A DNA stretch of 64,000 bases from SAR202 cluster bacterium. Lineage in GTDB: Bacteria > Chloroflexota > Dehalococcoidia > UBA6926 > VFHL01. This document shows positions 39,728 through 49,623 of this stretch, one piece after another. The stretch spans positions 184,392 through 248,391 of the forward strand of contig VFHL01000001.1 of NCBI GenBank assembly GCA_009392005.1, in the 5' to 3' direction. Within the stretch, counting starts at the first letter, position 1, and each line of letters opens with the position of its first letter. Made by a program: the position numbers and the translations under genes. The notes beneath the pieces are model-generated. The model was not told the DNA's origin, ran no database searches, and was given only the letters and a program-made list of their open reading frames with translations.

Positions 39728-42121
39728 TTAGTCTCTTAATGTTGCGCCAATCTCCCGCTGTAATTTCTCTAGCAATTGTCTTTGTGCGATATCAACTTCA
39801 TCATCTGTGAGGGTGCGAGTAGGATTTTGGTACATGACTCGGAAGGCACATGATTTTTTCCCGGAAGGTATTTGGTCACCACTATAGATATCGAATAGAA
39901 CTACGCTAACTACTGAGGGGAATGTGCGGATCATTTCATGGATAGATCCAGATGGAGTTTCCGTATCGACAATGAATGATAAATCGCGAACTACCGCTGG
40001 GAAACGGGTAGCTGGTTGATAGTTCCCATCATGAATATGAGGGAGAATGGCTTCAATATCCAGTTCAAAGTAAGCCACAGGCTCAGTATCGATTTCGAAT
40101 TTTTTATTCAAATTCGGGTGCATTTCTGCGAGATGGCCGACAGGTGTGTTCTCGACGATGATTACAGCAGAACGTCCTGGATGGAAAACAGGGTCTTGTG
40201 CCGCTTCAAATGTTGCGACAATATTGAAGTGCCCGAGGATATGTTCAAGCAGTCCTTTCGCGTCAAAAAAATCAATATCACGGTCTTCACCCTGCCATGA
40301 TAATTCAGATCGTTGACCCCCTAGTATGGCTGCAAGGATTTCTCGTTCTTCGGGTAATTCGTTATCGCGCTTGCCGTAGATACGGCCGATTTCAAAAAGT
40401 TTCAATCCGCTCTCAACATTTCGTTGATTCAAAGAAAACGTTTTCAACAAGTTTGCTCTCAGAGTGGTTCGTAAATATTCTTGCTCTTCAGACTGAGGAT
40501 TCCAGATTCTCACGGGGGTAAAAAGATTTTCTGGCGCGGTGAGATTCAGCATCTCTTCACTCACTAGAGAATAGGTGATGATTTCTTGCAATCCTGCACC
40601 GATCATTAAGTGTCTGATTTGATTTTTTAGATCACCCATGGGATCTGGCTCATGCGATGGAAACGGACTAATGGGTAGTGTTATTGGGATCACATCGTAG
40701 CCAATTGTTCGAGCTAATTCTTCGATTAAGTCCTCTGGGATTGCCAGATCCGATCGCCAAAAAGGAGGTTTTACTTCGATAGTTTCTGGATTTGTTGTGC
40801 TCGCTTGTAAACCTAATCGTGTGAAAATTGATAGTGCTTCTTCGATTGATATTTCGATTCCTAAAACTCGTTTAATGTGGTTCTTGCCTAGCTGAATAGG
40901 CTCGATTGTTACCATGCCAGGGTATTCGTCAATGTATCCTTTCGCAGGTTTGCCATCTGCTAAATTTACGAAGAGTTCTGTGGCGCGGCGAAGAGCCTGT
41001 ATCGACAACTCGGGATTCAAACCTTTTTCAAAGCGAAGTGATGCCTCAGTGCGCACCCGTTGCATTGATGATGTGCGTCGTATCGCAGTGTGTGCGAATG
41101 TTGCCGACTCTAGCAAAACTGACGTGGTAGTTTCTGTAACTTCACTAGGTCCGCCACCAATAATACCTGCTAGTCCAACCGGATGTTCTGCATCTGCAAT
41201 GATGAGGTCATCTGTTGATAAAGTACGTTCTTCGCCATCTAGAGTGGTCATTGGCTCGTTTGTTTTTCCACGACGTACAATCACTTTCCCTCCGGTCAGA
41301 GTCGAGAAATCAAAAGCGTGGAGAGGTTGTCCATATTCCATCATGACATAATTGGTTATATCTACGAGGTTGTTAATTGGTCGAAATCCAGCGGCGATGA
41401 GTCGCTGTTGCATCCACACTGGTGATGGTCCGATTTTGAGGTCGTCGATCAAGGTTGCTGTATAGCGCAGGCAAAGATCAGGATCCATGATGTCCACGGA
41501 GACTCGTTTAGATATTGGGGTATCGGTTTCTGCGAAAGCGTTTTTGGGCACATTGACTGGGTTCCCAGTGATTGCAGCAACTTCCCATGCTATCCCAAGC
41601 ATCCCAAAGCAGTCGGGTCGGTTAGGCGTTACGTCCAAGTCAAGAATAATGTCTCCCATGTACGTTTCCAATGGTATTCCAATGGGCGCGTCTTCTGGCA
41701 ATACCAGAATGCCAGAATGGTCCTCCCCTAGCCCTAGTTCACGTTCTGAACAGACCATTCCTTCTGACTGGATTCCTCGAATCCGTGCTGCTTTCAAACG
41801 ACTTTTTTCACCAGTATCGGAATCGGTAAGTAGGGCTCCAATCTTAGCGAAAGCTATGTTCTGTTTTGGAGCAATATTTGGTGCACCGCAAACAACTGTG
41901 ATTTTTTCTTCACCTAAGTCTACCGTTGCTAGGCGTAATCTATCTGCATTTGGATGTGTGTCTACTGAGGTGACGTGCCCCACATACACATTCTCCCAAT
42001 CTTGGCCAATTTGCTCGATTGATCCTACTTCGATTCCAGCCATCGTGAGTCTATGAGCAAGATCTTCCGCAGCCAAATCAAAATCCACATATTCCTTCAA
42101 CCATTTTAGTGAAACCCGCAT
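39728..42121 (-). CDS. pheT: Phenylalanyl-tRNA synthetase beta subunit
   Basis: 797 aa carrying the tRNA-binding (OB) domain, B3/B4, B5 and FDX-ACB domains in canonical order. Confidence 0.92.
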   Translation of the reverse strand: MRVSLKWLKEYVDFDLAAEDLAHRLTMAGIEVGSIEQIGQDWENVYVGHVTSVDTHPNADRLRLATVDLGEEKITVVCGAPNIAPKQNIAFAKIGALLTDSDTGEKSRLKAARIRGIQSEGMVCSERELGLGEDHSGILVLPEDAPIGIPLETYMGDIILDLDVTPNRPDCFGMLGIAWEVAAITGNPVNVPKNAFAETDTPISKRVSVDIMDPDLCLRYTATLIDDLKIGPSPVWMQQRLIAAGFRPINNLVDITNYVMMEYGQPLHAFDFSTLTGGKVIVRRGKTNEPMTTLDGEERTLSTDDLIIADAEHPVGLAGIIGGGPSEVTETTTSVLLESATFAHTAIRRTSSMQRVRTEASLRFEKGLNPELSIQALRRATELFVNLADGKPAKGYIDEYPGMVTIEPIQLGKNHIKRVLGIEISIEEALSIFTRLGLQASTTNPETIEVKPPFWRSDLAIPEDLIEELARTIGYDVIPITLPISPFPSHEPDPMGDLKNQIRHLMIGAGLQEIITYSLVSEEMLNLTAPENLFTPVRIWNPQSEEQEYLRTTLRANLLKTFSLNQRNVESGLKLFEIGRIYGKRDNELPEEREILAAILGGQRSELSWQGEDRDIDFFDAKGLLEHILGHFNIVATFEAAQDPVFHPGRSAVIIVENTPVGHLAEMHPNLNKKFEIDTEPVAYFELDIEAILPHIHDGNYQPATRFPAVVRDLSFIVDTETPSGSIHEMIRTFPSVVSVVLFDIYSGDQIPSGKKSCAFRVMYQNPTRTLTDDEVDIAQRQLLEKLQREIGATLRD

Positions 42122-42339
42122 TAGTGAGATGCCTCTTCTTCTTCTACTTCGGTTTCATGATGCTCTTTGATATCAAAAGTCGGCATTTTGTGTCCCGTTG
42201 ATTGCAATATATACACTCGTCCACAAGTGTGGCAATGGAATCGATGACGAGTAAGCGATGTTTTATGGTCATCGTGCCCTTCATAGTTCACAAGATTGTT
42301 GCAATTGACGCAACGTTGATTAGCTCGTGCCATGGTCAT
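42121..42339 (-). CDS. Small zinc-ribbon protein (CxxC...CxxC) inserted between pheS and pheT
   Basis: 72 aa; CVNCNN...(19 aa)...CHTCGR with a His-rich context and an acidic C-terminus. Its stop overlaps the pheT start (TAATG), indicating translational coupling. Confidence 0.5.
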   Translation of the reverse strand: MTMARANQRCVNCNNLVNYEGHDDHKTSLTRHRFHCHTCGRVYILQSTGHKMPTFDIKEHHETEVEEEEASH

Positions 42340-42432
42340 GGGAATGCTCCTTTTTGGAAAGATATTTGTTGAAATGCAATTTGATTCGTCTAGTAGTAAT
42401 TGTGTTTTGATTTTTGGTTGCTATTTCATGCG

Positions 42433-43473
42433 TCAGAATTGTTGTAAGAAACGGATGTCGTTTGAATAAAATAGGCGTATGTCTTCTATACCATGACGTA
42501 ACATAGCAATACGTTCGGGGCCCATACCGAAGGCAAATCCAGTATATTTCTCCGGATCATACCCTACTCGTCGTAGTACTTCGGGATGTACCATCCCTGC
42601 ACCCATAATTTCAATCCAACCTGTTGAGCTGCAAACGCGACAGCCTTTCCCTTGGCAATTGAAACAATCGATGGACATATCAACTCCAGGTTCAACAAAT
42701 GGGAAATAATCACATCGGAATCGTATCTGGCGATCCATTCCAAATATCCGGCGCGCAAATTCATACAACGTTCCCTTAAGGTCAGCGAAGGTTATTCCTT
42801 CACCAACTGTGAGCCCTTCAATTTGAAAAAAAGATGATTCATGGGTGGCATCAGTAGCTTCGTAGCGGTAACAACGCCCTGGGATTACAACTCGAACTGG
42901 AGGTTCTCGGTTCTCCATGGTTCGTACTTGCATGGGTGAAGTATGAGTACGTAGAAGCATAGGCCTGTTGCCGTCTTTGTCTTCATAATCAACCCAGAAG
43001 GTGTTCCACATGTCACGGGCAGGATGTCCCGGAGGGATGTTCAGCGCTTCAAAATTGTAATAGTCCCACTCCACTTCGGGTCCCTCAAGAATTTGGAATC
43101 CCATCGCTACAAAAGCATTCGTGATCTCCTGAATCGTTTGCATTGTTGGATGCATGCGCCCTTGCATCAGGGGTGTGCCTGGCAGTGTGACATCTATTCG
43201 GTCGTTTTTGAGTTTTTCCTCTAACACTAGATTCGTTATTTCTTCGGTACGTTTTTCGAGGCTAGTTTCTAAAAGAGTTTTTGTCTTGTTTCCATTGGCC
43301 CCGGCTTCCTTACGCTCGTCCGGAGCGAGGCTTCCAACCTGACGCAGAACCGTTGTCAGTGAACCATTTCGCCCGAGGTGATTCACACGCCATTCGTCTA
43401 GGTCGCCAACATTGGAAATTTGCGCCAATTCGTCCAGCGCTTTACGTCTAATATCGTCCAGTTGCTCTTGCAA
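42433..43473 (-). CDS. pheS: Phenylalanyl-tRNA synthetase alpha subunit
   Basis: 346 aa with class II motifs (FRCDYFPFVEPG; GAGMVHPEVL; GFAFGMGPERIAML). Confidence 0.92.
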   Translation of the reverse strand: MQEQLDDIRRKALDELAQISNVGDLDEWRVNHLGRNGSLTTVLRQVGSLAPDERKEAGANGNKTKTLLETSLEKRTEEITNLVLEEKLKNDRIDVTLPGTPLMQGRMHPTMQTIQEITNAFVAMGFQILEGPEVEWDYYNFEALNIPPGHPARDMWNTFWVDYEDKDGNRPMLLRTHTSPMQVRTMENREPPVRVVIPGRCYRYEATDATHESSFFQIEGLTVGEGITFADLKGTLYEFARRIFGMDRQIRFRCDYFPFVEPGVDMSIDCFNCQGKGCRVCSSTGWIEIMGAGMVHPEVLRRVGYDPEKYTGFAFGMGPERIAMLRHGIEDIRLFYSNDIRFLQQF

Positions 43474-43730
43474 TTTTTTTTCCTCTGCTTTGTTCCTTCA
43501 GTATCATGATAGTTTCTGCCAATTGGCATGGTCAAATCAATATTATTCTAGCCTGATTCATTGCTGTCAGGGAAATTGAACGTTTCGTTAGACCAGTTCA
43601 TCGAAATATTAGATGGATCGCGAAATCGCATTACACTTGACATTTGTTCTTGGAAGTTGGCAAAGTCATGATGGTACAGTCATAGTTATTATTATTAATT
43701 GTAAGGTTCTTTGGCGAGTAATATATATAA

Positions 43731-44537
43731 ATGTCGACACCAGATTTTGATCTGAATATGTTGAGATCTCAAGTTCGGGAATGGCTCAGGGAGAATGTTC
43801 CTGAGGATTTGCAATTCCCTCAACGTGATGCTGATTTGACCAAAGATCAACGCGATTGGGTTATCGGACTTCGGCAGAAAATGGGTGTAAAAGGATGGCT
43901 TGCCCCAGGTTGGCCAGTGTATTTTGGTGGCGCTAATTTGCCCCCTGCTGCTGCTGCAATTGTTCAAGAAGAATTACGCAGCTATCGTTTGCCACGGTTT
44001 CCATTGCACCCAACTTGGCTTACAGCTGTCCGTGTGTGGGGTACGGAAGAACAGAAAGGCCTTTGGCTTGCGCGCACTCTTCGTGGCGGAATAACGGTTG
44101 CGCATAATATTGGAGAAAATCGTGGGACAGCTGATATAGCTACACGATCCTCTGTAGCAGCTTTAGACGGTGAAAATTACGTTTTAAATGGTGAGGAATG
44201 GTATATCCCAAGCCAGTACCCCCCAGATTATATTTTTCTTCTGGTGGAAACTAGGAGTGGAGGACCGAGGCGTCGATTGAATTTGTCAACAATGGTAGTG
44301 GATGTTCGATCTGACGGGGTGACAACGCGTGAACGCGGAACGTTGATGAATACAACGGAAACGAATTACATATTGGAAGATGTTGTGGTACCGCTTAACC
44401 AGCGGATTGGAGCGGAAGGGTATGGTGGATTGGTTGCGCAAACCATGGTTGATGTACAGAGTGGTGGCCTAGGTGTTGGGCCAGATCAACAAAATGAGAT
44501 TGAAGGAAGAGAGCGAGATTTTTGGGCTCCAAACTAG
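43731..44537 (+). CDS. Acyl-CoA dehydrogenase family protein, C-terminally truncated (N-terminal alpha + middle beta domains only; possible pseudogene/fragment)
   Basis: 268 aa aligning to the ACAD N-terminal and middle domains (GWLAPGWPVYFGG; ENYVLNGEEWYI), but it stops about 110-130 aa short of a full-length ACAD. No continuation is found in other frames. Confidence 0.45.
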   Translation: MSTPDFDLNMLRSQVREWLRENVPEDLQFPQRDADLTKDQRDWVIGLRQKMGVKGWLAPGWPVYFGGANLPPAAAAIVQEELRSYRLPRFPLHPTWLTAVRVWGTEEQKGLWLARTLRGGITVAHNIGENRGTADIATRSSVAALDGENYVLNGEEWYIPSQYPPDYIFLLVETRSGGPRRRLNLSTMVVDVRSDGVTTRERGTLMNTTETNYILEDVVVPLNQRIGAEGYGGLVAQTMVDVQSGGLGVGPDQQNEIEGRERDFWAPN

Positions 44538-44572
44538 ATCAATTGCCTGCACTACTAACAAAGATGGAGAGC

Positions 44573-45445
44573 CTATTCGGCTTCTTGATTAGGTGGTTCG
44601 GAGGACACGTCGTCATTAAACGGCCCATCACGGGCGTCTAAGAACGCCTGGAATCCTTGTGTTTCGCGGATTTCCGTTAACATTTCTCGCTCCGTTACAT
44701 CAGGAGTAAGTGTTTGAATTTGGCGAATCATTAAGTGGTCTTCAAGGGTCTTTGAATATCCCATATTGTTATACGCTACTTGGATACTTTTCTTCATCAT
44801 TTGGGAAGCGAATGGTGGAACTGTAGCGATACGTTTAGCTACTTTTAACGATTCATCTTCCAGCCGATCTGTCGGGACGACACGATTTATCATGCTTAGT
44901 TCTAAAGCAGTTTTTGCGTTTATTGTATCTCCGGTGTAGTAAAGCCAATATGCTTGCCTCATTGGCATCACGAATGGAAGGATGGGAGCGGGAGTTGGTG
45001 CTACATGTCGAATTTCTGGTTCTCCAAATTTTGCGTCTTCGCCAGCGATAATCAAATCACAACTATGAGCCAATGTGTGGCCAGCTCCTAAGCAATATCC
45101 TTGGACTGCAGCCAATGTGGGCTGGGGAAGATCACGAATTCTTGTTACCACTTTAGCGGCAAAATTCATCTCTTCCCATTGTTGAGTTTCAGTTGCTTCT
45201 TTGCTTTTTTGTCCTGGCGAGATATCAAATCCAGTAGAAAAACTTTTGCCAGCTCCAAGTAGAAGAACGACCCGGACGTTGTCGTCAGCGTTTATCTTGT
45301 CCAAAACGTTGTTCAAACTTTCAAGTAACAGATCGTTAAGAGCATTGAGTTTTTCGGGATGATTCAGCGTTACTATTGCGATACCTTCGTCAGTTACGTT
45401 AAAAAGTAAATTTGTATATTTGATTGGCCCACTTCTTTCTTTCAA
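44573..45445 (-). CDS. Enoyl-CoA hydratase/isomerase (crotonase superfamily)
   Basis: 290 aa with ALNDLL; the oxyanion-hole region GAGKSFSTGFDI; and GYCLGAG. Confidence 0.8.
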   Translation of the reverse strand: MKERSGPIKYTNLLFNVTDEGIAIVTLNHPEKLNALNDLLLESLNNVLDKINADDNVRVVLLLGAGKSFSTGFDISPGQKSKEATETQQWEEMNFAAKVVTRIRDLPQPTLAAVQGYCLGAGHTLAHSCDLIIAGEDAKFGEPEIRHVAPTPAPILPFVMPMRQAYWLYYTGDTINAKTALELSMINRVVPTDRLEDESLKVAKRIATVPPFASQMMKKSIQVAYNNMGYSKTLEDHLMIRQIQTLTPDVTEREMLTEIRETQGFQAFLDARDGPFNDDVSSEPPNQEAE

Positions 45446-45469
45446 GTTTTAATGGCTTTCGAATAAGAA

Positions 45470-46198
45470 TTAAGTTGTTGGGATCTCACCAGTGTGTAGT
45501 GCAACTGTTTTGAGTCCAAAATGTCTGAAATTTACGTTTACTAGGCCACAGTCCACCATTAAGGTCTTTAGTTCAGGTGCTGTAACGAATCTTTCGACTG
45601 AGTCTGGCAAATATGTATAGGCTGCTTTATCCCTTGCCACCAATTGTCCTATCATCGGAACTAGTTGATGGAAATAGATGTTAAAGAGTTTTGGGAAAAA
45701 TCCTGTACCCAATAATGGTGTGAATTCTAGAATAGCTATGCGACCTCCTGGTTTTACAACCCGTGCCATTTCGCTCAAGCAGGTAGGAATGTCAGTTACG
45801 TTTCTTAAGCTGAAGCCAGTGGTTGCACAAATGAATGAGTTGTCAGGGAACGGCAGTGATAATGCATCTGCTCGCGTGAATTCGATATCGTTTTTAGGAT
45901 ACTCAGATGCCTTTTGTGTCGCTATGATTAGCATGGAATTGGAAAAATCAATGCCCGTGACTTTAGTGATGTTTGGTTGTTTTGCTAGAGAAAATGCTAT
46001 GTCCCCTGTTCCTGTTGCAACGTCGAGGGCGATTCCCTTGAGATCTTTAGCGACTGCTTGTGCAGCAATTTCTTTCCATCGCTTGTGTCTTCCGCCGGAC
46101 ATGATGGTATTGAGAAGGTCGTAGCGTTGAGATATGCGATCAAACATCTCTTCAACATACTGTGCCTTTTTGGGTCCCGTGAAATTGTTGTCTGGCAT
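45470..46198 (-). CDS. ubiE: Demethylmenaquinone/ubiquinone methyltransferase (UbiE/MenG class I SAM MTase)
   Basis: 242 aa with the SAM motif ALDVATGTGD and the family motif IMSGGRHKRWK. Confidence 0.8.
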   Translation of the reverse strand: MPDNNFTGPKKAQYVEEMFDRISQRYDLLNTIMSGGRHKRWKEIAAQAVAKDLKGIALDVATGTGDIAFSLAKQPNITKVTGIDFSNSMLIIATQKASEYPKNDIEFTRADALSLPFPDNSFICATTGFSLRNVTDIPTCLSEMARVVKPGGRIAILEFTPLLGTGFFPKLFNIYFHQLVPMIGQLVARDKAAYTYLPDSVERFVTAPELKTLMVDCGLVNVNFRHFGLKTVALHTGEIPTT

Positions 46199-46322
46199 CG
46201 GATTATCTAGTGTAGCGGTTAAATGATTTCAAAGAAGATTCTTTGCAGCAAGATGTTTGTTTTGAAATGAAGAAACAACTCCATTTTTCTGATTGTTGTA
46301 CTCAACAGTGATTGGTGTGTTT

Positions 46323-47450
46323 TTAGACCTTTTCGATTTCTTCGATGAGGGCGGTTAGGAATTCTTCTTCAGGTATTACTCGTACCTTTTGGCCTTTCCG
46401 AAAAATCAGACCTCTCCCGGCTCCAGCGGCTAGCCCTATATCTGCATCTTTCGCCTCGCCTGGGCCATTGACCTCACATCCCATAACCGCAATCTTTAAA
46501 CCTTCTTTCTTCGTTTTTTTCAGAGCTTCATCAACAAGATTTGACCATTTTATGATGTCTACATCAGCACGTCCGCAACTGGGGCATGCAATTAATGTTA
46601 CGCCCTTTTGCCGTAAGTTCAGTGATTTCAAAATGTCATATCCGGCTTCAACTTCATTTACAGGATCACCTGCGAGAGACACGCGAATAGTATCGCCAAT
46701 ACCCATACTTAGGATGATCCCTAGGCCAACAGCACTACGGATCGAGCCTGCTGCAACTGTTCCTGCTTCAGTGATTCCTAGGTGTAAGGGATATGGGATA
46801 AGTTCTGCTAGTCGGCTGTATGCTTCAACCGTGGTTGGTACATCGAAAGCCTTCATAGAGATCTTTATTAGGTCAAAATCAAGCTCTTCAAGGATCCCTA
46901 TTTCCCATAACGCTGTTTTGATCATATGGTCAACAACAGTTCCTGTTTCGCCCTCTTCTTGGCCTTCTTTCGAGAGTTTATTGACGCCGTCCAAAACACG
47001 TGAAGATGCTCCGGTGATTCCTATGCCTCCCACAGGTGGCAGGCTTCCAAAATTCACGCCTACACGGATCGGGATTTGGCGTTCTTTCGCTGCTTGAGTT
47101 ATTAACTGCACTTTCTCTCTATCACGGATATTTCCTGGATTAAGCCGCAGTCCATCTACCCCACTTTCGATCGCTTGGAGGGCTAGCTTATAGTGGAAGT
47201 GAATGTCGGCGATAATTGGGATATTGATGCGCTTCTTAATGCTTTCAAGAGCTTCGGCAGCTTCCAAATCTGGAACTGCGCTACGTATGATTTCACACCC
47301 GGCATCTTCTAATGCGTGAATTTGATTAACGGTCGCATTAACGTCACGCGTATCCGTTTTTGTCATTGACTGAACTGTTATCGGAGAATCGCCTCCAATT
47401 GGAACATCCCCGACCCATATTTTTTTGCTATTTCTCCTTGTTGAGATCAT
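46323..47450 (-). CDS. ispG: 4-hydroxy-3-methylbut-2-en-1-yl diphosphate synthase (GcpE)
   Basis: 375 aa with a TIM-barrel N-domain and a C-terminal 4Fe-4S Cys triad (ACPSCGR...GCEVNGPGE). Confidence 0.9.
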   Translation of the reverse strand: MISTRRNSKKIWVGDVPIGGDSPITVQSMTKTDTRDVNATVNQIHALEDAGCEIIRSAVPDLEAAEALESIKKRINIPIIADIHFHYKLALQAIESGVDGLRLNPGNIRDREKVQLITQAAKERQIPIRVGVNFGSLPPVGGIGITGASSRVLDGVNKLSKEGQEEGETGTVVDHMIKTALWEIGILEELDFDLIKISMKAFDVPTTVEAYSRLAELIPYPLHLGITEAGTVAAGSIRSAVGLGIILSMGIGDTIRVSLAGDPVNEVEAGYDILKSLNLRQKGVTLIACPSCGRADVDIIKWSNLVDEALKKTKKEGLKIAVMGCEVNGPGEAKDADIGLAAGAGRGLIFRKGQKVRVIPEEEFLTALIEEIEKV

Positions 47451-48496
47451 CGAATAGCTTCCTCTCCAGAGAATAATTTTATGAGGTCATTATAGCTGAC
47501 CATAATCAAAATACTAACGAGCAGTACTAACCCAAGGAAGTGTACCAGACTCTCCCTTTTCGGTGAAATGCGGCGTCCTTTTCTACCAAATTCAATTGCA
47601 AGAAAAAACAATTTCCCTCCATCTAACATAGGTATTGGTAAAAGATTAATGATTCCAAGGTTAAGACTTAGGAGTGCTGTAAGTTCCAATAACGGAATGA
47701 TTCCTGATTTCGCTACATCTCCGGTTAAGCGTGCAATTCCTATTGGTCCTGTAAGTTCGGGAGTAGAATCACCAGTAATCCAACGCCCAATTTCAGAGCC
47801 AATCAAATTGATCGTATTCAGCGTTCGTGTGAAGCCAGTGATAGGTGCTTTCCATAGGGGATCTTGCACTCGATGTGGTTTTGGATTTTTGATTGTGATT
47901 CTAATTCCAGTGGGACCTTCTCCTTCAGGGGGCAGGCGGCGAGGTACAAGATTTGTCTCTATGTTTTCACCGCTTCGGTTCACAATAACAATGATTGGCT
48001 TATTAGGATTCTCCAAAATTGATGTCGAAACATCGTGAATTGTTTTGATTCTCTTGCCATTGATTGCCACGATATGGTCATTAATTTGCAATCCTGAAAC
48101 ATCGGCGGGTGATCCTGAAGCAACCTCTTGAATAGTGATATCACCGATAATAATGTGTTTGGGTATAACCGCAATGATAGTAAACAAGAGAATTGGCAAG
48201 GCGAGGTTTACTAAAGATCCCGACGAAATTATGAAAGCTCGTTTGAAAATATTTTGGTTTGCGAATCCATTTGGGATATTCGGGTCTTCCTCACCACGGA
48301 GACGGACAAACCCTCCAATGAAAAACAGATTGAGGGAATATAACGTGTTCCCTTTTTTGAAAGAAAAGATTCTTGGAGGGAAGCCAATACCAAGTTCATG
48401 TACCGGTACATTTAACCATCGTGCGGAAAAAAAATGCCCTAATTCATGAATCAGAATCAAACAAGAAATTATCAGGAAAAAAGAAATGATTGCCAT
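47447..48496 (-). CDS. rseP: Site-2 protease (RseP/RIP zinc metalloprotease) with PDZ domain
   Basis: HELGHF zincin motif in TM1, a PDZ segment, and a C-terminal LDGG motif. Confidence 0.85.
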   Translation of the reverse strand: MAIISFFLIISCLILIHELGHFFSARWLNVPVHELGIGFPPRIFSFKKGNTLYSLNLFFIGGFVRLRGEEDPNIPNGFANQNIFKRAFIISSGSLVNLALPILLFTIIAVIPKHIIIGDITIQEVASGSPADVSGLQINDHIVAINGKRIKTIHDVSTSILENPNKPIIVIVNRSGENIETNLVPRRLPPEGEGPTGIRITIKNPKPHRVQDPLWKAPITGFTRTLNTINLIGSEIGRWITGDSTPELTGPIGIARLTGDVAKSGIIPLLELTALLSLNLGIINLLPIPMLDGGKLFFLAIEFGRKGRRISPKRESLVHFLGLVLLVSILIMVSYNDLIKLFSGEEAIR

Positions 48497-49623
48497 TATG
48501 CTGTGTTATCGTGCTGTTCCAGCACATATGATCGGGCCCACTTGTCCGCTTCAAGAATGTCTTCTATTGCAGGGTTTTCTTTCGGGCTATGTGCCTCTAG
48601 GGCTGCTTTTACGTACTCAGGAATGGTTGGTAAATCTAGTTTTCCTTCTAAAAACAATTCTACGGCGATTTCATCAGCGGATTGGAGCACCGCGGGAAAT
48701 GTTGCGCCCATTTCTCCGGCCTGCCGTGCTAAGCGAAAGCATGGGAAACGCTCTTCATCTACCTTTTCAAAGGTTAGTGTGGAGATTTTTATCAAATCTA
48801 AAGCGTCCATACTCTCGTTCGTCCATCTCTCTGGGTAAGACAAGGCATATTGAATGGGCAAGCGCATGTCGGGATAACTAAGTTGTGCCTTAATCGACTT
48901 ATCTTCAAATTCAACTAGTGAGTGTATGATGCTTTCTGGATGCACGATCACATCGATTTTTTCGTATGGGATGTTATATAGCCAGTGAGCTTCTAACACT
49001 TCGAATCCTTTATTCATAAGTGTTGCGGAGTCAATCGTCACTTTTGGTCCCATTCTCCACGTTGGATGTGCTAACGCTTGCTTTGGAGTGATTCCGAGCA
49101 TATCACCAGGTTTTGATTGACGGAATGGACCACCAGAAGCTGTTAATATGAGCCGGCGAATGTCGCTTCCTTCCTCTCCGGCTAAACATTGCCAAATGGC
49201 GCTATGTTCGGAATCTAAGGGCAAGATGTTTGCGTTCGAACGTAGAGTCTCTTCAGTTATTATTTGTCCGGCCACAACCAATATTTCTTTGCTCGCCAAA
49301 GCGACAGTTTTTCCGTGGGAAATTGCAGTCAAAGTAGGTAGGAGACCTTCTAACCCGGGTATTGCAACAATTACAATGTCGACTTCAGGCTTTTTCACAA
49401 GGTCATTTGGTGCGATCCAAGAGGCTGCCCCAATTTCCTCTTTCGCTTCGTTGGTTAGAGCGGCAAATGGTGGATTGAATTCTTGAACCTGTTTTGATAG
49501 TTCCTGATGGTTCTTTTTTGCAGTGAGACCGACTAGATGAAACTTTTTGTCAAAAGATCGGATTACTTCGAGTGTTTGACGGCCGACAGATCCAGTTGAT
49601 CCGAGAATTACAACTCCTTTCAT
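48496..49623 (-). CDS. dxr: 1-deoxy-D-xylulose 5-phosphate reductoisomerase
   Basis: 375 aa with N-terminal ILGSTGSVG NADPH binding and the DSEHSA catalytic region. Confidence 0.9.
   Translation of the reverse strand: MKGVVILGSTGSVGRQTLEVIRSFDKKFHLVGLTAKKNHQELSKQVQEFNPPFAALTNEAKEEIGAASWIAPNDLVKKPEVDIVIVAIPGLEGLLPTLTAISHGKTVALASKEILVVAGQIITEETLRSNANILPLDSEHSAIWQCLAGEEGSDIRRLILTASGGPFRQSKPGDMLGITPKQALAHPTWRMGPKVTIDSATLMNKGFEVLEAHWLYNIPYEKIDVIVHPESIIHSLVEFEDKSIKAQLSYPDMRLPIQYALSYPERWTNESMDALDLIKISTLTFEKVDEERFPCFRLARQAGEMGATFPAVLQSADEIAVELFLEGKLDLPTIPEYVKAALEAHSPKENPAIEDILEADKWARSYVLEQHDNTA

Noticed and set aside
43474-43730. T-box or attenuator leader upstream of pheS (and similarly upstream of serS at 23158-23280)
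   Set aside because: No GGGTGG-NACCGCG T-box sequence, and no terminator/antiterminator pair, on the relevant strand.
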